DNA of 64,000 nt from Amphiscolops sp. MND2022 (Eukaryota), in contig OZ076411.1 in assembly GCA_964187785.1 (NCBI GenBank), positions 58,094,001 through 58,158,000 of the forward strand, written 5' to 3'. The notes beneath the pieces were generated by a model. The model was not told where the DNA came from, made no database searches, and saw only the letters and a list, made by a program, of their open reading frames with translations. The position numbers and the translations under genes are program-made. The first letter of the stretch is position 1, and the number at the start of each line of letters is the position of its first letter. Shown piece after piece: positions 63,078-64,000 of the stretch.

Positions 63078-64000
63078 TTAAACAATTTGGGACGAATGGT
63101 CGCTTTTCACAAGTGCGATGAATTGAAAGGTAAAAAATACATATACGAGTTTCTTGGAAACAATAATTTCGCATAAAGAGTTGTTTGTGATTGAGGAAAT
63201 TGAGTAGTATCGAAACGTGATTGATATACCTCATCCTTTTGCTAATCGAATCTTAGCATGCCTGAGACGATGCCAGTTTTTGAGCTTAGTGAACTTCGTA
63301 AATTTCAATTTTTCAAAGGGGTGAGTCAATTCTTGAGAGACTTCAATCGACGGCCAGTGATGAAAATGAATTAACGGCTGTTGTTTTGCATTCCATCGAT
63401 AGCCATAAATGATCCACCGCTGGTTGTCGATGGAATTGTATAAAACTTGAGACAAAAGTTTATTTACTCAATTTTTGTTGATACTTTGTTACTTTGTACC
63501 CGTTTTAGCTCTTAGCCAATAATCCAAAACAAAATGTTTGTTGACAACAAAGAAAGAAAGAAAAAGTTTATTTGATTGGAAAGAGAGTGTTACAATTGTT
63601 ACGATAAAGAAATAACGATCCAATCTGGACGGGAAAAGAGTTATCAAAACTCGTCGAGTCCCCGCCCGAAGAGAACCAATTAGGGATAATGATATATGTG
63701 GAGATGAAAATTAAACTTATTTGAGTTTAAGTTTCAGATTTTTCGAAATAAAGCGAAAACAGATGCCTATTATCAGCAATGAAAACATTAGTTATTTTTG
63801 ATATCAAACCCTTAATTTGAAATCGACTTAGTTCCTTCAAGTTACAGGGCAGCAAACTGGCTTCTGTCAGCCAGTTGGAAGTTTCCTTCATAAATTACTT
63901 AAAGATTTCCGTTGGATAGCTGTTCTACTTTACGCAGTTGCGAAGAGACCTTTTTTGCCACCTGGTACTGTACGCGTTTTGAGCAGACATTTCAGAACCA

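Overview
Eukaryotic (animal-like), TE-saturated window with almost no host coding sequence. In order: (i) a decayed BEL/Pao LTR retrotransposon (~5.4-14.8 kb) with a 1.55 kb internal triplication and an inverted 5' LTR-PBS-gag block; (ii) LINE and Polinton-type integrase fragments (15-17 kb); (iii) two putative spliced exons of an SHPRH-like SNF2 gene (18.7-21.9 kb), with a Tigger/pogo deletion derivative in intron 1 and no further exon recognisable in the remaining 42 kb; (iv) a Polinton/adintovirus-like gene cluster (23-29.6 kb) with packaging ATPase, exonuclease-like, small core/TM and PC4-like genes plus orphan ORFs; (v) an 18.5 kb Ty3/Gypsy-type LTR element (31276-49759) with near-identical 330 bp LTRs, an ATAG TSD, gag-pro-RT-RH-IN, a chuvirus-G/herpes-gB-like class III env, several accessory ORFs, a covarying three-way-junction repeat in its leader and extreme G depletion; (vi) a ~9.7 kb 84+82 bp satellite with rule-like higher-order repeats; (vii) tRNA-derived HINE-like repeats and a piggyBac-type MITE. 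Protein family calls come from visual motif recognition only; no database searches were run.
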